In this document: in pieces, positions 39,214 to 52,400 of the stretch | How positions within the stretch are numbered: position 1 is the first letter of the stretch | How the letters are laid out: each line of letters begins with the position of its first letter | Source: Phallusia mammillata | Lineage: Eukaryota | Length of the DNA: 64,000 nt | Assembly (NCBI GenBank): GCA_965637545.1 | Contig: OZ281497.1 | Coordinates: 9,362,001-9,426,000, forward strand | Direction of reading: 5' to 3' | Made by a program: the position numbers and the translations under genes | Notes under the pieces: model-generated | What the model saw: only the letters and a program-made list of their open reading frames with translations | Told to the model about the DNA's origin: nothing | The model's database searches: none

Positions 39214-41955
39214 ATTCGACCAAAGCACAACCGAATAAGCTTGAAGGTTGTTAATTTTGTGCGCAATATGTTAATTTGAATTGTATGCATTACTGCCAAA
39301 TTCATTAGCTTTGTCTGTTTTTAAACAATTGTCGCTTTCTTCTCGCAATGAGAGCAATTACGATTTGTGATCCCAATTTATTTGAGAATTTTTCGTCAGT
39401 CATTGTTTATGTCAGAGGTTTTTAACCAGAGGGCTACATTAAGACTTGTGGGGTAACTTATTCCCTTTGAGGAATACATCAGTAACAAAAAGTTTCATAT
39501 ATTGCTTAAGAAAGAATGATGATTTATAGGCTTGATTTTGATAATGTTGATTTGGAACTAGAGTACAACTATGACACGGTTAATTGCATAGCCAACGTTA
39601 ACGTAGCAGGGATTGATAAGGGAAACAATGCAATGGTGCGAAGCATTTTTAAGACCCTTTCTAACAATAGTCACATCTTTCCCAACACAAAAGAAACCAA
39701 ACTGCTCTTTTCACCAATTAACTGCAATTTATTTTAGCTTTAAAGCAACAATAATAAGTTGCTGGTTTTAATTTTTAACTTTAATATTCTTGAAACTCTA
39801 ATCAGCGTTGCTGCAACACAACAAAAAAAACGATGCAATTTGTCCAGTAAGCGGTAATCATCGGATGTGACCTTCCTTAAAGGTTGTAAAACAACGTTTG
39901 TTTCAAATGAGAAAAAACACTGAAATGTGCTTTCAGTTGTTTTGTGTGTGTAATTATACTCTAGAGCGCAAATTTTATTTATCGTTGCTGCATTGCTAAG
40001 TTTACAACAAAATACAAAACTCTATCAGTAAAAATGTATTTTCTCCATAATGTAGCTTCACTTATGCGAAATCTGCTGACATCGCATATTGATTTGTTTG
40101 CCCACGATTAAACTTAATATCGTAGATATACTTACCGGGGAATGCTGTGTACCATGTATGGCGTTAAGTGTGAACACGTTCGCATTTGTCTGGTAAATTG
40201 ACCAATCGAAATAAATAACTGTATATTTATAAACTCAACTCGCATAAGGTTACCAGACGTATAGATTTTTGGCATAAAATCTGTGTCCGAAATAAATTTT
40301 TAGAAACACTCTTAACGTCCAGAATTTTCTAATCTACGATTGTTCTCACAATTATTTTTCTGAGCGACTGAAAGGTTTACGTTTGAACTGTTGTCTGTGC
40401 TGTTTTTTTAATGCATTGTGCCTACATTCATGCAAAACAACTTATCAATATGAATTAAAGGCTAGTTGGTGAAATTAAGGCTATTTTTTACGTCTAGAAA
40501 GCTATCAATACGCTATGAAAAGGACCTGATCCTGTGAAAGTTTTTGTTATGTAACTTATTAGGACACGAAATCAGGGAACAGATCAGATGTACAACGAAA
40601 GGAAACGGTTTCTACAAAAAGGCATTGCGTTTCATACTCCATTCTAAATAAAAATATGCAACACAAATCTTACCAACCGGAGTGGTAAACGGAAAAAAAT
40701 AAACAACACGGGTACTCGACTCGAAGCAATTACTGTCACACACCTGAACGTGTAATGAAGTATAAGACAACAATACGCTATTATGACGTCAACACACAGT
40801 CCTTACCTTTCCCAAAGCTATGTTGGGCGACAGTATACGAAAAATCTACTAACTCCATTTAGCTAAATGTGCGGCTGATGTAAGTAAGTAGCGCCACAGT
40901 AAAGTGCATAATTAAGTCACGCTTTACGCAGGATACAACATACGGACACTGCGTGAACAAAACGCAACCTGAACAGCTTGGTCAAAAGTTAAGGTTATTG
41001 CAGTTGAATCCAAATCTATTATATTCCACTTTTTAAGTAATTAACTTTTAGGAGTCGTAAATACATATTTACAAATCGACTCACCAATAACCATCGTTTT
41101 CACGATAATATACGGCTTTTGAAACAATTAACCGACGTAGTACCGTGCTCCACGGAAGTTAATAACTTAAAGAACTAAACCATGTTGCGTTATCGCAAAA
41201 AACTGGCTGTCAATTGTTATGTCACACAGTGCAATAGATTGCAGAACAAGTTGTAATTTAAGGGCAAAAAGATGTAACAAGCAAGGTGTTATTGCGAGTT
41301 ATTATCTTGCAAGACTTTGCACTTGTTTTTCACTTGCCGGCGTCCCCCATTGTTGTCGGATGTGGTAGCTTGACACGTGCTACGGAATGCAGCATGCCCA
41401 TAATCACGTATACCTGTTTACCGATGTGTATAAGTAGTGTGTGTTCACATCGTGGTTGGGCATCAGACGAAAACTGTTTGTCAAGTAGTTACTCAAGGTT
41501 TGATAATGAAGTGATTATTGTCGGCCAGTTCTCTTGAAGCTACTGACCGTATTTAGGGTTAACGCAGGTATAAAATTCTACAGCTAACGTCAAGCACATT
41601 TAAACATTGTCTGGTGGTTGTGAAAAACTGCGCAAAAATTGTATCGGACCAAAATCCGTGTCGAAAAAACGAAATATTATTAGCTACTCAACGGCGAGAA
41701 CAGTATGTAGTTCCAGGGAAATTCTTGCTCCACGAAAAAGCAAAAAAATTTTTAAGAATAGGTTTTTAAAATGAGAAATTTACGACTCACCAGAATGAAA
41801 GCAGTAAAAGAGAGACCAATTGCTTTCGCCGAGCAAATCTTTACCTAAATTCGAGCAAACTTAGATAAACAACAAAAATAACTTCAGTATGTTTTGTTTG
41901 GAATATTTGCAGACAATATTTTAATCGGAAAACTGCTTTTTGCTATCAATTGACG

Positions 41956-43476
41956 ATGGCTTGTGTCAAAGTTGTTACTGTACTTATTCTACTGACAACT
42001 CTTGCAACGTTGGGAAATGCCAGATGCAACGGGACTCAATATTTGGATGCTGATTCAAACTATCAAAGTATTACATCGATGAACTATCCAGAGAACTACT
42101 ACGACGCCCTTTATTGCACCTGGAGCATTACTTCAGTTTATCCGGGTTCTGTGGTGGAAATTTACATTGCTGATTTTGGCGTTGAGCCAACCTTTGACTT
42201 TTTAGTTTTCTATGATGGTCCTTCCCAATATTTTGCTCAAATTGACTACAAACACGAATCCGGTTCCTTTATTTACTCAACAACACCAAATATGTTTGTT
42301 ACGTTTGTTACTGATTATTACATGACTTCCAGAGGATTTCGAATTGTATACAGGGCTGTACAAAGTTCAAACCAGACTTCTCCCAGTTATAACGACCCAT
42401 CTGCGAACAACCCCGATATTACATGCACTTCAGGACTATATCTCTCTGTCGACCCATATACATACAGTTATATAACCTCGCCTAACTATCCAAGCCTGTA
42501 TAACAACAATTCAACCTGCACATGGTATATTGACACGAAATATGCTGGATATGGTATTGAGATACAAATTAACGATGCACATTTTAACAACTATGATAGC
42601 GTCAGTTTTTACGACGGCTGGAATGCAACCTACTTTTGGAACTATATTGATGGTCATAGCCCCTTTTATGGCAAAGTATTTCTTCGCTCGGGACAAGCAA
42701 AAGTGAAGTTTATCACAGATAAAACTCTCGTAGAAAGAGGATTTTTGTTTCTTGTGAAAGCCGTTCCACAACTGCCGGCCTGTCCCTTTGGCGAAACTCT
42801 TGACATACATTCTGGATCAGCTATTCTTACTTCACCCAACTACCCCTACCCTTACTACAGTAATATGGAGTGCAGTTGGATAATACAAAGCCCCGACGAC
42901 CAATACATTATGCTCAATATAATTTACTTTAACTTGAAAAATGCCAACCTTAATATCTATGATGGACCGTCTTTGAGATATCCGAGGATCGCAAGTTTTC
43001 AGGAAACTATATATGAGTCTCCGATTTATTCTAGTGGTCCTAAAATGTTGGTCTTGTTTAACGCATGGAAAACCGGTATTGGTTTTGAACTTGAGTATTC
43101 AGCGACAAGCAACCGTATCATTGTGGAATCCGAATTGCAAAACAACTGTACTCTGACACATTACCTTTCCAGTGTCAATGGCACAATCACTTCCAATAAT
43201 TATCCTGACTATTACCCCAACAACATGATTGAATGCTGGATTTTTGATCAAACGTATAGTGCAATGAATCTTAAATTTAATGATTTTGACACCGATTATT
43301 ATTCGGATAGTTTGAAACTTTATAACAGCAAGGAAGTAGTTCAAGTCTTTTTCGGTAATGCGAATTCTGGTTACTCATATACGTACTATGGGTACAACTT
43401 GTGGTTTCAGTTCACCACCGATAGCCAGGCTTCTAACAAAAAAGGCTTTGAGACAAACTACATTTTGTTGACATAA
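41956..43476 (+). CDS. CUB cluster member F: secreted signal peptide-4xCUB (types 3-6), deletion derivative of E
   Basis: ATG 41956 (MACVKVV..LGNA) joined directly to RCNGTQYLDADSNYQSITS; colinear and highly similar to E 37758-39213 through the stop. Confidence 0.92.
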   Translation: MACVKVVTVLILLTTLATLGNARCNGTQYLDADSNYQSITSMNYPENYYDALYCTWSITSVYPGSVVEIYIADFGVEPTFDFLVFYDGPSQYFAQIDYKHESGSFIYSTTPNMFVTFVTDYYMTSRGFRIVYRAVQSSNQTSPSYNDPSANNPDITCTSGLYLSVDPYTYSYITSPNYPSLYNNNSTCTWYIDTKYAGYGIEIQINDAHFNNYDSVSFYDGWNATYFWNYIDGHSPFYGKVFLRSGQAKVKFITDKTLVERGFLFLVKAVPQLPACPFGETLDIHSGSAILTSPNYPYPYYSNMECSWIIQSPDDQYIMLNIIYFNLKNANLNIYDGPSLRYPRIASFQETIYESPIYSSGPKMLVLFNAWKTGIGFELEYSATSNRIIVESELQNNCTLTHYLSSVNGTITSNNYPDYYPNNMIECWIFDQTYSAMNLKFNDFDTDYYSDSLKLYNSKEVVQVFFGNANSGYSYTYYGYNLWFQFTTDSQASNKKGFETNYILLT

Positions 43477-44992
43477 ATTCGGCTAAACAAACAATAATGT
43501 GTGAGTTAATTTCCTGTATAAAATGTTTGTTTTAATTGTAGCGTAAGCATCACTGCCATATTGTTGTAGTCTGTGTTTCGTTGAGAATTTTTGTTGCCAC
43601 TTTTCTTTACATAAAGTGTGTAATTACGATGTGTAATCGAAATTTATTTGAGATGTTTTGATCATTTCTCTTAGCGGTTTTATTCAGTTTCAAATTTAAC
43701 CAAAAAGGGTAAATTTAAATTGTTTTAATGTAAACATCGATAAGTGAAAGATTCACATTTATTTGGGAGAATAAATTCGATTTACCCCATTTGATTTACA
43801 TTGTTGTCACAATGTCACACGTGCCCGTTAAACCATACTGTTGAAAAGCTCACTAACCAAAAACTTTGTTTTGCGCGATGGTTTTATCAACAAAACGTTG
43901 TAAACTTTTTTTCCCTTTAACAAGCTGCCGAAACAGAAATGGTTGAATTTTTTTACTGTTGTTATGTGATTATCGCTATCGACAAAATCACTGCATCGAT
44001 AATAAAAAGTCGATTAATCTCACCGCCTTGTTTGCTGAGGCTCTTTACTGATAAAACACCGTGAGAAGGTGATGTGTAGTGTTAGTATTTGTAAGACGGC
44101 TACATCGCGACAATAAAGTTTAAGCTGATTTATCTGCAAAGTTATGTTCCTGAGTAAGATGTTGCAAACTACGCTGAAATAGCGCCTTTGTTCACGCATC
44201 TATAAATTCATTAACTGGGTTTACAAATGCTCGAAAGGAATTCGCATACAGCGTGTTTACAAACGGTATGAAGGATGCGTCGTTCGATACGATTTCTGCA
44301 CGTGTACATGATCAATCCCATGCTTGGAAAATATTTTGGCGCCAAATTTATTACCGGAACAGCCGATATTTTTACGAGAAAGGGTCGCAGTAGATACGGC
44401 TCTGTGTTGACTCTGCACGACTTAACGATGTCTTGACAAACACGACCCGCATGAACTTTCTGCAAACAACGACTTCTGCAAAACAATGTCGTACAAGGTG
44501 GCAAATATTTTGCAACCAAAGCATCGACCATGGGGTACAAAAAGAAAGTTTTGCCCGCTAAGAGACATCAAAGTTTTGCTTTTTACGACAATTTATCACA
44601 TTGAGGGTCGATACACAATTTTGTTTCGCTTTTAATGAGCCTGCTTTGTCATCGCAAAATCATTTATCCATTAATATACTATACATTGCAATACCCAACA
44701 CAAACGCGTTTGTTTGTCCCACGAAAGGCACCGATTACAAACATGTTCAATGAAGTCACATCGCGATTCATAAATTTAATTAGCTTAATTATCATCAACA
44801 TATTATACTTTTTCATATGGTGCAAAAAGGGTGCGGGTCAGAAGAAACACTAATTTTACATGGTGTTTAGGGGGCGGTAAAAATCGTTTTGTTTCTTTCT
44901 TCCGCAAGTAATGTTTAGTGTCCTAAAATGATTAGCTAATTTTAACTACAAAAAGGTTATAAATCACTTAAAATCGGGTTTTCGTCTTAAGA

Positions 44993-45313
44993 CAGGGGTG
45001 TCCGAACTTTTTTTTAATGGGGACCAATTTTCATCAGGTGAAGACGGGCCAACGTTGTTTTTGCGAAGTTTTTACCCGATGAATTGAAACACAAAAAAAT
45101 TTACGGAAATTTATGAATTTTGTTGTGTTAACAGCATGTATACTTTTTTTGCGGACAAATAACGTTTTATAGAAAGCTTTTGCGTAAAGTCGCAAGTCGC
45201 CACAACCCAAAAACTTAATCCAAACTACGGCGGGCCATCATACGCTAAACAATTTGGACCAACAACCGCGGGCCACGAGAAATGCCGCCACGGGCCGCAC
45301 TTTGGACCCCCTG
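44993..45313. mobile_element. hAT MITE
   Basis: CAGGGGTGTCCGAA / TTTGGACCCCCTG; TSD TCTTAAGA. Confidence 0.9.
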
Positions 45314-46304
45314 TCTTAAGACCTAAAATCGTCTTCAAAGGTATCTGAATCGTTCAACACGTCAATGATTGATTAAATTAATCAAGTAAACTTATTGTCG
45401 GAACTTACATCAAGTAAACTTAATTATAACTTTTCACCACACCGCTACCTTTAGCAAACAAAACTGCGAATTTCACATCATCCGACCCGAACCGTAAATC
45501 AAAAAGGCGGTTTTGGGTCACATTGACTACCTGGAGGTGCATTTTTTGTCTGTCTACATTCGTGCCTAAAAACCTTTATGACAAAAAATGTCCTGAGAAT
45601 TAAAGGTTGGGTTTTGCCACCGTTACTGCCCCATGGGTTAATTGGTATTTTGTAAGGCGAAATAGTTCACCACTGCACAACATTAGACGTTTATCCGCCT
45701 ACCTCCTCACTATACCCACATTTTCATTTGCAAATCGTTTGCATTTTTACAATTAAATTTTTTTTTGTAACACAAAATTCATCCGGTTGCCTACGTTTCT
45801 TTTTTTCCACTGACGCAGGCCGAAACAAATTTGGCCGCCATATCAACCATATAATCGGACTACGAAGCAAGAAATAAGTTAATAAAAAGGGACTGGTAAT
45901 GCTTCAATGCGATGTTTCACAAATCCTATACTAAATGCATTTAAGGAATTAGTTGTGTACACTATACATAGCCTCTAACACATTTTAGGACATTTTCGGT
46001 TGTTGACCAATCAGAAAGCTATGGGGGGCGTGATCACCGCGTGTAAAGTGCGCGCTGTTTTAGTACAATATGTTTACTACTGTCTGTTTATTTGATTACA
46101 GCATCAACCTTTATACGTATGATCGACGCACAATGTACTTTTCTAAATCATCAATACAATTGGCACGCATATGCAAAGGAAAACAATGTAAAGAAACAGC
46201 ATGGTAACCAAATTACGTTTCTGCCTACGACAACTACTACTATATAAAGGGAATTATACAGCCAAAGTTACATGTGCAAACAACTGATTAGTTCTGCTCC
46301 AAAT

Positions 46305-47537
46305 TCAAGATGCCCCATTTGTTTGGTTTTCAATGGCTGAGAATTGAAATTTGAAACCAGTGCCGGGGTTCTTGCTCCATGAGAAGAACTTGATGAACAT
46401 GTAGTCGCCAGTAGAATACAAAGGAGACTGAAATGCATTGCCACCGAAGCCAGCAAGCAGTGGGTAATTTTCTCCAGCCCCGTCATATATATACACGTTG
46501 TCTTCATTCAAATCTAAGTCCTCTACGGCAAGCTTTATCTTATAGCCGTTTTGGCAATGTATTGTCCACATGCAGATTTCATTGCTGTAGTAAGTATGTG
46601 GGTAGTTTGGGGTAGTAAGTGTAGCAGAACCAGAACCAATATCAAGACTTTCACCTGCTGCGCAAGCTGGAAGTTTTGGAACAGCTTTTACAAGAAGCAA
46701 GAAACCTGTATCACTAGTAGCAGCATCAGAAACAAACCTTATTTTTGTTTCACCAGTGTTGTCGTGGATTTTACCGTAAACCAAAAAATCTTGTGTTAAT
46801 CTGATTGGATAATTGTTCCAGCCTTCGTGTATGTACAAGGTATCGTCATTTGGTCCAATGCGTAAATCGTTAATTTGTATCTCAATACCATAACCTGTAT
46901 AGCCCGTCTTAATAAACCATGTACAGGATAAGCCGTTGCCATAATTGTTAGCGTAATTTGGTGAAGATATATAAGTGTAGCTATTTGGGTCGACTGTAAG
47001 ATATAACCCTGAAGCACAAGCGACGGTTGAGTTGTTGGCTAAAGGATCTTCGTAAATGGGAAGGGGTTTGTTTGATTTTAACATACTTCGGTATTTAAGC
47101 CTGAATCCTTGACTGGTTCCCGACCCGTCAGTGACGAACATAATAAACATGTCCGAGGATTTTGAAAAAATATAAGAACCAGTTTCTGGATCCACGGGAA
47201 TTTGTTCGTAATATTGTGAAGGTCCGTCAAAGAAAACCAAAAAGTCACAGCAGAGTTGGTAGTTTAAATCTTCAATGGAAACTTCAATTACATGGCCCTC
47301 ATCCACAGAATGGATGCTCCAGGTGCAGAAAAGATTATTAGTGTACGCGTTGGGATAGTTGATAGATGTGAAGCTGTTATACGATGATTCAGCATTCAAA
47401 TGTTGAGTTCCTTCGCAACTTTGTGGCGAAGTTTGTTGACTTCCAGCAGCATCAGTTTCGTCGCCTTGCGCGTGCACATTCGCTACAAGAGTTGTTTGCA
47501 ATAAAAGCATCAAAGCAACGAACTTTAAACAAGCCAT
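46305..47537 (-). CDS. CUB cluster member G: secreted signal peptide-3xCUB (types 3-5)
   Basis: Likely ATG 47537 (MACLKFVALMLLLQTTLVANVHA; same ACGATGGCTTGT context as E/F); three CUBs. Confidence 0.92.
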   Translation of the reverse strand: MACLKFVALMLLLQTTLVANVHAQGDETDAAGSQQTSPQSCEGTQHLNAESSYNSFTSINYPNAYTNNLFCTWSIHSVDEGHVIEVSIEDLNYQLCCDFLVFFDGPSQYYEQIPVDPETGSYIFSKSSDMFIMFVTDGSGTSQGFRLKYRSMLKSNKPLPIYEDPLANNSTVACASGLYLTVDPNSYTYISSPNYANNYGNGLSCTWFIKTGYTGYGIEIQINDLRIGPNDDTLYIHEGWNNYPIRLTQDFLVYGKIHDNTGETKIRFVSDAATSDTGFLLLVKAVPKLPACAAGESLDIGSGSATLTTPNYPHTYYSNEICMWTIHCQNGYKIKLAVEDLDLNEDNVYIYDGAGENYPLLAGFGGNAFQSPLYSTGDYMFIKFFSWSKNPGTGFKFQFSAIENQTNGAS

Positions 47538-47813
47538 CGTAGATTGCATAGCAGAAGCGATTTACAGTTTATATATTGTCTGCAACAAAACATTGAAAAA
47601 TAATCTTAGGTAATGCTATCTATTTATGCAACATTACACCGGATGGCCTGGTTTTATCGTATATAAACCTTTGTCACTACAAAGTAATAATTCTGGTTTA
47701 TTCTTAACAGACCGAATCTCAAATTTACTGTGCCTGTACAGTGCCTCAGGTGTCAATGTGTTCTGTGTTCAAAAAGCCGCATTATATAGACTTGAGACAC
47801 TATACCCACTTAC

Positions 47814-47868
47814 AGTATCACATATTCTGTTGAATGACCGCCCACAACGCAAAGAACGGGTATTTATA
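47814..47868 (-). promoter_or_regulatory. Candidate TATA + initiator + short non-coding first exon of G
   Basis: TATAAATA (47868-47861), TCATTC ~30 nt downstream, donor GTAAGT at 47813, acceptor TTGCAG before 47579. Confidence 0.5.
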
Positions 47869-49194
47869 TAAGCCGGTAAACAAGTCTACGTGATAACCAA
47901 AGTTACAATATAAACACGCATATTCTGCTTTGGCGGCAAAGGGCAAGGAGCGATCGGTTTCGAAAATTCGTCTTTAGGAGAAAGTTTAGGTGATTTCTGT
48001 TTCAAGTATTAAGATAGAATTAGGCACATAAATCACGATTCTAAAATTTTCGAAAATAAACAGACAAGCATTAGTAATGCCAACAAGGGCCCGATGTGGG
48101 AAGCACGGATGTATATGCCCCAGCAGTAATAAACAACAGCCATAAGACACGTGCAAACCTTCAATTAGTTAAAGCATTCATCTTGACCTTTCTATTGCGA
48201 TGAACATAAATTCATAACTGGGATCGGCCCTAAAGCGTGCATGCAGACCAGCGATCACGGCGCTGATTCGGTATGGCGCCTATAATGGGCCTGGCGTACT
48301 GTGCTTGACCATTCTACATATTGATGTTATTTACTATCGTTTGTGAAACACCTTTTCTCCTTCTCAATGTACAGAATTCTACATTTTTAATTGTGAGCAG
48401 AAGGCTACGGGTTTTGAAGGTTGAGTTAAGGGGGTCAATATCCAAAAAAGAGCCACTGAATTTGAGTAAAGGATAACCTTTAAAAGTAACCAATAGCTTT
48501 ACAAGACGCAATATGCTTTACACAACTATATTGAATTGCCTCTTTTTTCAAGATAATACAGCATTACATTGCATTGGTAAATGAAGAAAATATGTCACAA
48601 ATCTGTTAACTTATTCTTAACTGAAAACAGTTCTTGATCAAGTTGCTTTTCAATTTGTCAACTACCTAAATTAAATTGTCATGGCAATTACTTTTATTTA
48701 CTAATTGTTAAAGCAATAATTTTACGATTAACAAAAATAAATGATTATTACAAATGTTTTTGGTTTATTTCCTGCGTTGTTTGTTTTATATTGAGGTTTT
48801 ATGCATCCAAACGACGAGACAAAAATATTATTTATTAGCACAATACACATGCGGGGCTTTTATACATGCATAAAATCAAAACACAAATAACTAATATAAA
48901 TAAATGAGAAAAGGAGATTGGGTTTGACGCATATGACTTACTGTAAACAGTAAGGAGAATGAATTCTCTTACATGAACCCGTTTGATGGTTGCTTTCGAG
49001 CAAGGGGAGAAAAGCAGACCTTTATACACTTTGAACGAAGTTTGTACTTGGTAAACATGTTGATCGCAGAAGGTGATTTTCCTCAATGGAGCAATCATGG
49101 AAAAGTTTTTGCGTTACGTCACAAAGTGTCAATCCTCGTCGTGTATTTATGCCTATACGTGGGCTCCCGACTATGTTGCAAAAATAAGATATTC

Positions 49195-49285
49195 TTCTCG
49201 GGGTTAGAACCTATGAACCCCCGAGCATGAATTGTGGTCGATCAGACTTTTTGTGGTTTGGCGCTTGAGACCATTAGACCAACCA
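49195..49285 (-). mobile_element. Degenerate tRNA-derived SINE head
   Basis: Minus strand TGGTCTAATGG (A box) ... GGTTCTAACCC (B box). Confidence 0.4.
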
Positions 49286-49363
49286 ATTTAAATGCAAAAC
49301 TATTAAGCTTATGCGGGTAGTTCGCCACCGTTTGCTAATTTTCGTTATGTTTACCAAAGCGGC

Positions 49364-49428
49364 CCCCTACGAAGGGACTCGACACCTTGTCGTTGGTGTA
49401 GGGGCTTACAATCACTAAGATCGAGTCC
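49364..49428 (+). ncRNA. HDV-like self-cleaving ribozyme fold at the LINE 5' end
   Basis: P1 CCCCTAC/GTAGGGG (49364-70/49398-404), P2 GGACTCGA/TCGAGTCC (49375-82/49421-28), P3 ACC/GGT around loop TTGTCGTT, J4/2 CTAAG. Confidence 0.72.
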
Positions 49429-49491
49429 AACCCGGTACCCAAACGGCAACGCGCCATCCTGGGTACACGTCTCTCTACTACCTTACTTACT

Positions 49492-52400
49492 ATGATGCTT
49501 TACAAAGAAATGAAACAAAATGCTGGATCGAACGTGGCCCAGAATAAAAACGTTCGCGTTCCTGCTGACAACCTACAGAGCCCAGCAGGTTCGAAAAATA
49601 AGTTAGGCTCCATTGAATTCCGTAACCAGACAAAGATCCTTTCACTTAACATCGAGGGAAGTTCAATGCCCAAATGCGAATATCTTGGGAAAATCCTCCA
49701 ACAACACAGAGTCGACATCGCATTACTCCAAGAAACCCACGCTACAGCAACATCACCGGAATCAAAGACCCGAATACCAGGATACACTCTTATTTCAAAA
49801 GTCTGCCATGACAAATACGGGATATGCACTTATGCCAGAAACCCTTCTGAAGTAACAGAATTGCAATCAGTTCTAACATCCAACAACACTCACAGATCAG
49901 CAGTAAAAATCAAAGAACTAACGGTTGTTAACTTATACAAACCACCAAACAAAGAATGGCCGAATCCTCCTCTCCCATCCTTTCCTCACCCCACTGTTTA
50001 CATTGGGGACTTTAACAGCCACAACACCGACTGGGGATATAATGAAAACGACAAAGCAGGCGAACAATTAGGACAATGGATAAATGACACGAATCTTCAT
50101 CTACTATACGACCCCAAAACCCATGGTACCTTTCATTCCTCAAGATGGAACAAAGATTATTCAACAGATCTATGCCTCGTATCAAAAAACGATAACCTCG
50201 ATCCATTGCCAGCATCTACGGAAATTCTGCCCTCCTTTCCACATAGCCAACATCGGCCCATAATAACTACAGTTGGATTAAAAATTCCTATCATCAACTC
50301 CCTTCCAAAAAACAGATGGAACTTCGAACAAGCTAATTGGGAAAACTTTGCCAAAGCCGTGGACCAGACATGCATCCATATTCCTCCATCAGCTCAAACA
50401 ATACCCAGATTTCACAAACTAGTTTTAAAAAGTGCAAGACGCTACATTCCAAGAGGTAGACGAAAAAAGTATGTTCCCTGCTGGTCAAAAGAAAGTGAGG
50501 CCTTGTTCAAAGCCTACGAAGAAACAAATGACAATAATACAGCAGACCAACTATTATCATCGCTTAATAAAGACAGGAGAAACAGATGGATCAGTACAGT
50601 TGAAAATCTCGACTTCAAACACTCAAGCCGTAAAGCATGGGCACTTCTACATAAACTGGACCTTAATTCAACATCAAAGCCCAAAACTGCAGCTCCGATA
50701 AGTGCAAACCAAATCGCAAAGGAAATTAAACAACGAGGACACCATAAACCAAACCACACTTTTGAAAAATCTGTAAGAAAAGAATATCAACAACTATACC
50801 GCACATACACGGAAGATTCCAACCTGTCATCACATATACTAATGTCAGAATTAAAAGAGTCGCTAAAGCAAACAAAAGCGAGCAAAGCTGCTGGAATAGA
50901 TGGAATTTACCCTGAAATGCTGAAACATTTAGGAAATAACAGTCTTCAATGGCTGAGGACCGCATTGACAGACATTATTCAAACCGGAAAACTTCCCAAA
51001 GATTGGAAAATAGCAAAGGTGATAGCAATTTTGAAACCAGGAAAAGATCCAACCAATCCAAGCAGTTACAGGCCAATTTCTCTTCTATGCTGCACCTACA
51101 AAGTTCTGGAAAGAATCATACTTGCCAGAATAACGCCACTGGTCGAACCATTCTTACCCTCTGAACAATCTGGGTTTAGAAAACATCGTTGCACCAGTGA
51201 ACAAGTCCTTGCTTTAACATCACACATTGAAACAGGATATGAACTAAAAAACACAACTGGAGCCATATTCGTAGATTTATCAGCTGCCTACGATACAGTA
51301 TGGCATGATGGTCTTCTACTAAAACTAGCAAAAATAATAAAATGCAGAACCATGCTGCGAATCATATCAAAAATGACAGGTACTCGTCGCTTCTACACAT
51401 GTGTAGGTTCCGACACCAGCAAAACTTTTAAAATAAAAAACGGGGTACCTCAGGGCTCCGTACTGGCCCCTACACTATTCAACGTATACATCAGAGACAT
51501 GCCTAAAACCAAATGTCTTAAATTCGGCTATGCGGATGACTGGGCACTAACTTATCAAGGAAATTGTCTAACAACGATTCAAAACCAACTCACAGCTGAT
51601 CTCACCACTCTCCAGGAATACTTCACGACATGGTATCTACAAATGAACACCACTAAAACAGTGACAACTCTTTTCCATCTGGACAATCACCGCGCAAACC
51701 AACAACTGAATATTACAATTGATGGAAAGCAACTGCCAACGGACCCCAATCCGAAGTATCTTGGAATAACATTAGACAGAACTTTAAATTATAGACAACA
51801 TTTGGAGAAACTATCAAACAAGATAAAAACTAGAAACTCACTGATCAACAAACTAGCAGCCACCAGATGGGGAGCAAGTCAATCAGTCCTGAGAACATCT
51901 GCCTTAGCTTTGTGTTACAGCGCCGCAGAATACTGTGCTTCGACATGGGAGCGTAGTACTCACACTAAAAAATTGGACATCCAACTGAACAGAACAATGC
52001 GAATAATATCAGGAACTCTAAAATCCACCCCTATTACATGGCTACCAACAATGAGTGCAATACCTCCCCCACACTTACGACGCAGAGCATCAGCTATGAA
52101 GATGATACAGAATCTTCAAACACTTCCCGAGGAAATTCCCCTCACCAAAATTATAAGACAAGCACCAAAAACACGTAGACTAAAATCCAGGCATCCAATC
52201 TACAACTTAGAGACTGACAACACTTTCGATATGACTGAAAAATGGAAACAATATTGGTTTAATAACATGCCCGCTGGAGGAGAGCTAGTAGACGACCCAA
52301 CAACTCCACTGCCAGGTTTCGACTTAGCACATAGACGTAACTGGGTAGCAGCGAACCGACTGCGATCAAAACACGCTCGCACTGCCCACATGCTTCAACG

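Noticed and set aside
44211-44540. 109-aa Cys-rich minus-strand ORF in a GC-richer patch
   Set aside because: TTG start, no recognisable motif in the frames I read, no clear splice context; BLASTX needed.
49417-49440. KIESNPVP in frame upstream of the LINE ORF, resembling the 2A motif D(V/I)ExNPGP found in ingi/L1Tc-type elements
   Set aside because: Lacks the D and the essential G, has no upstream start (TAG at 49399), and the bases are constrained by ribozyme P2; other copies reading DIESNPGP would revive it.
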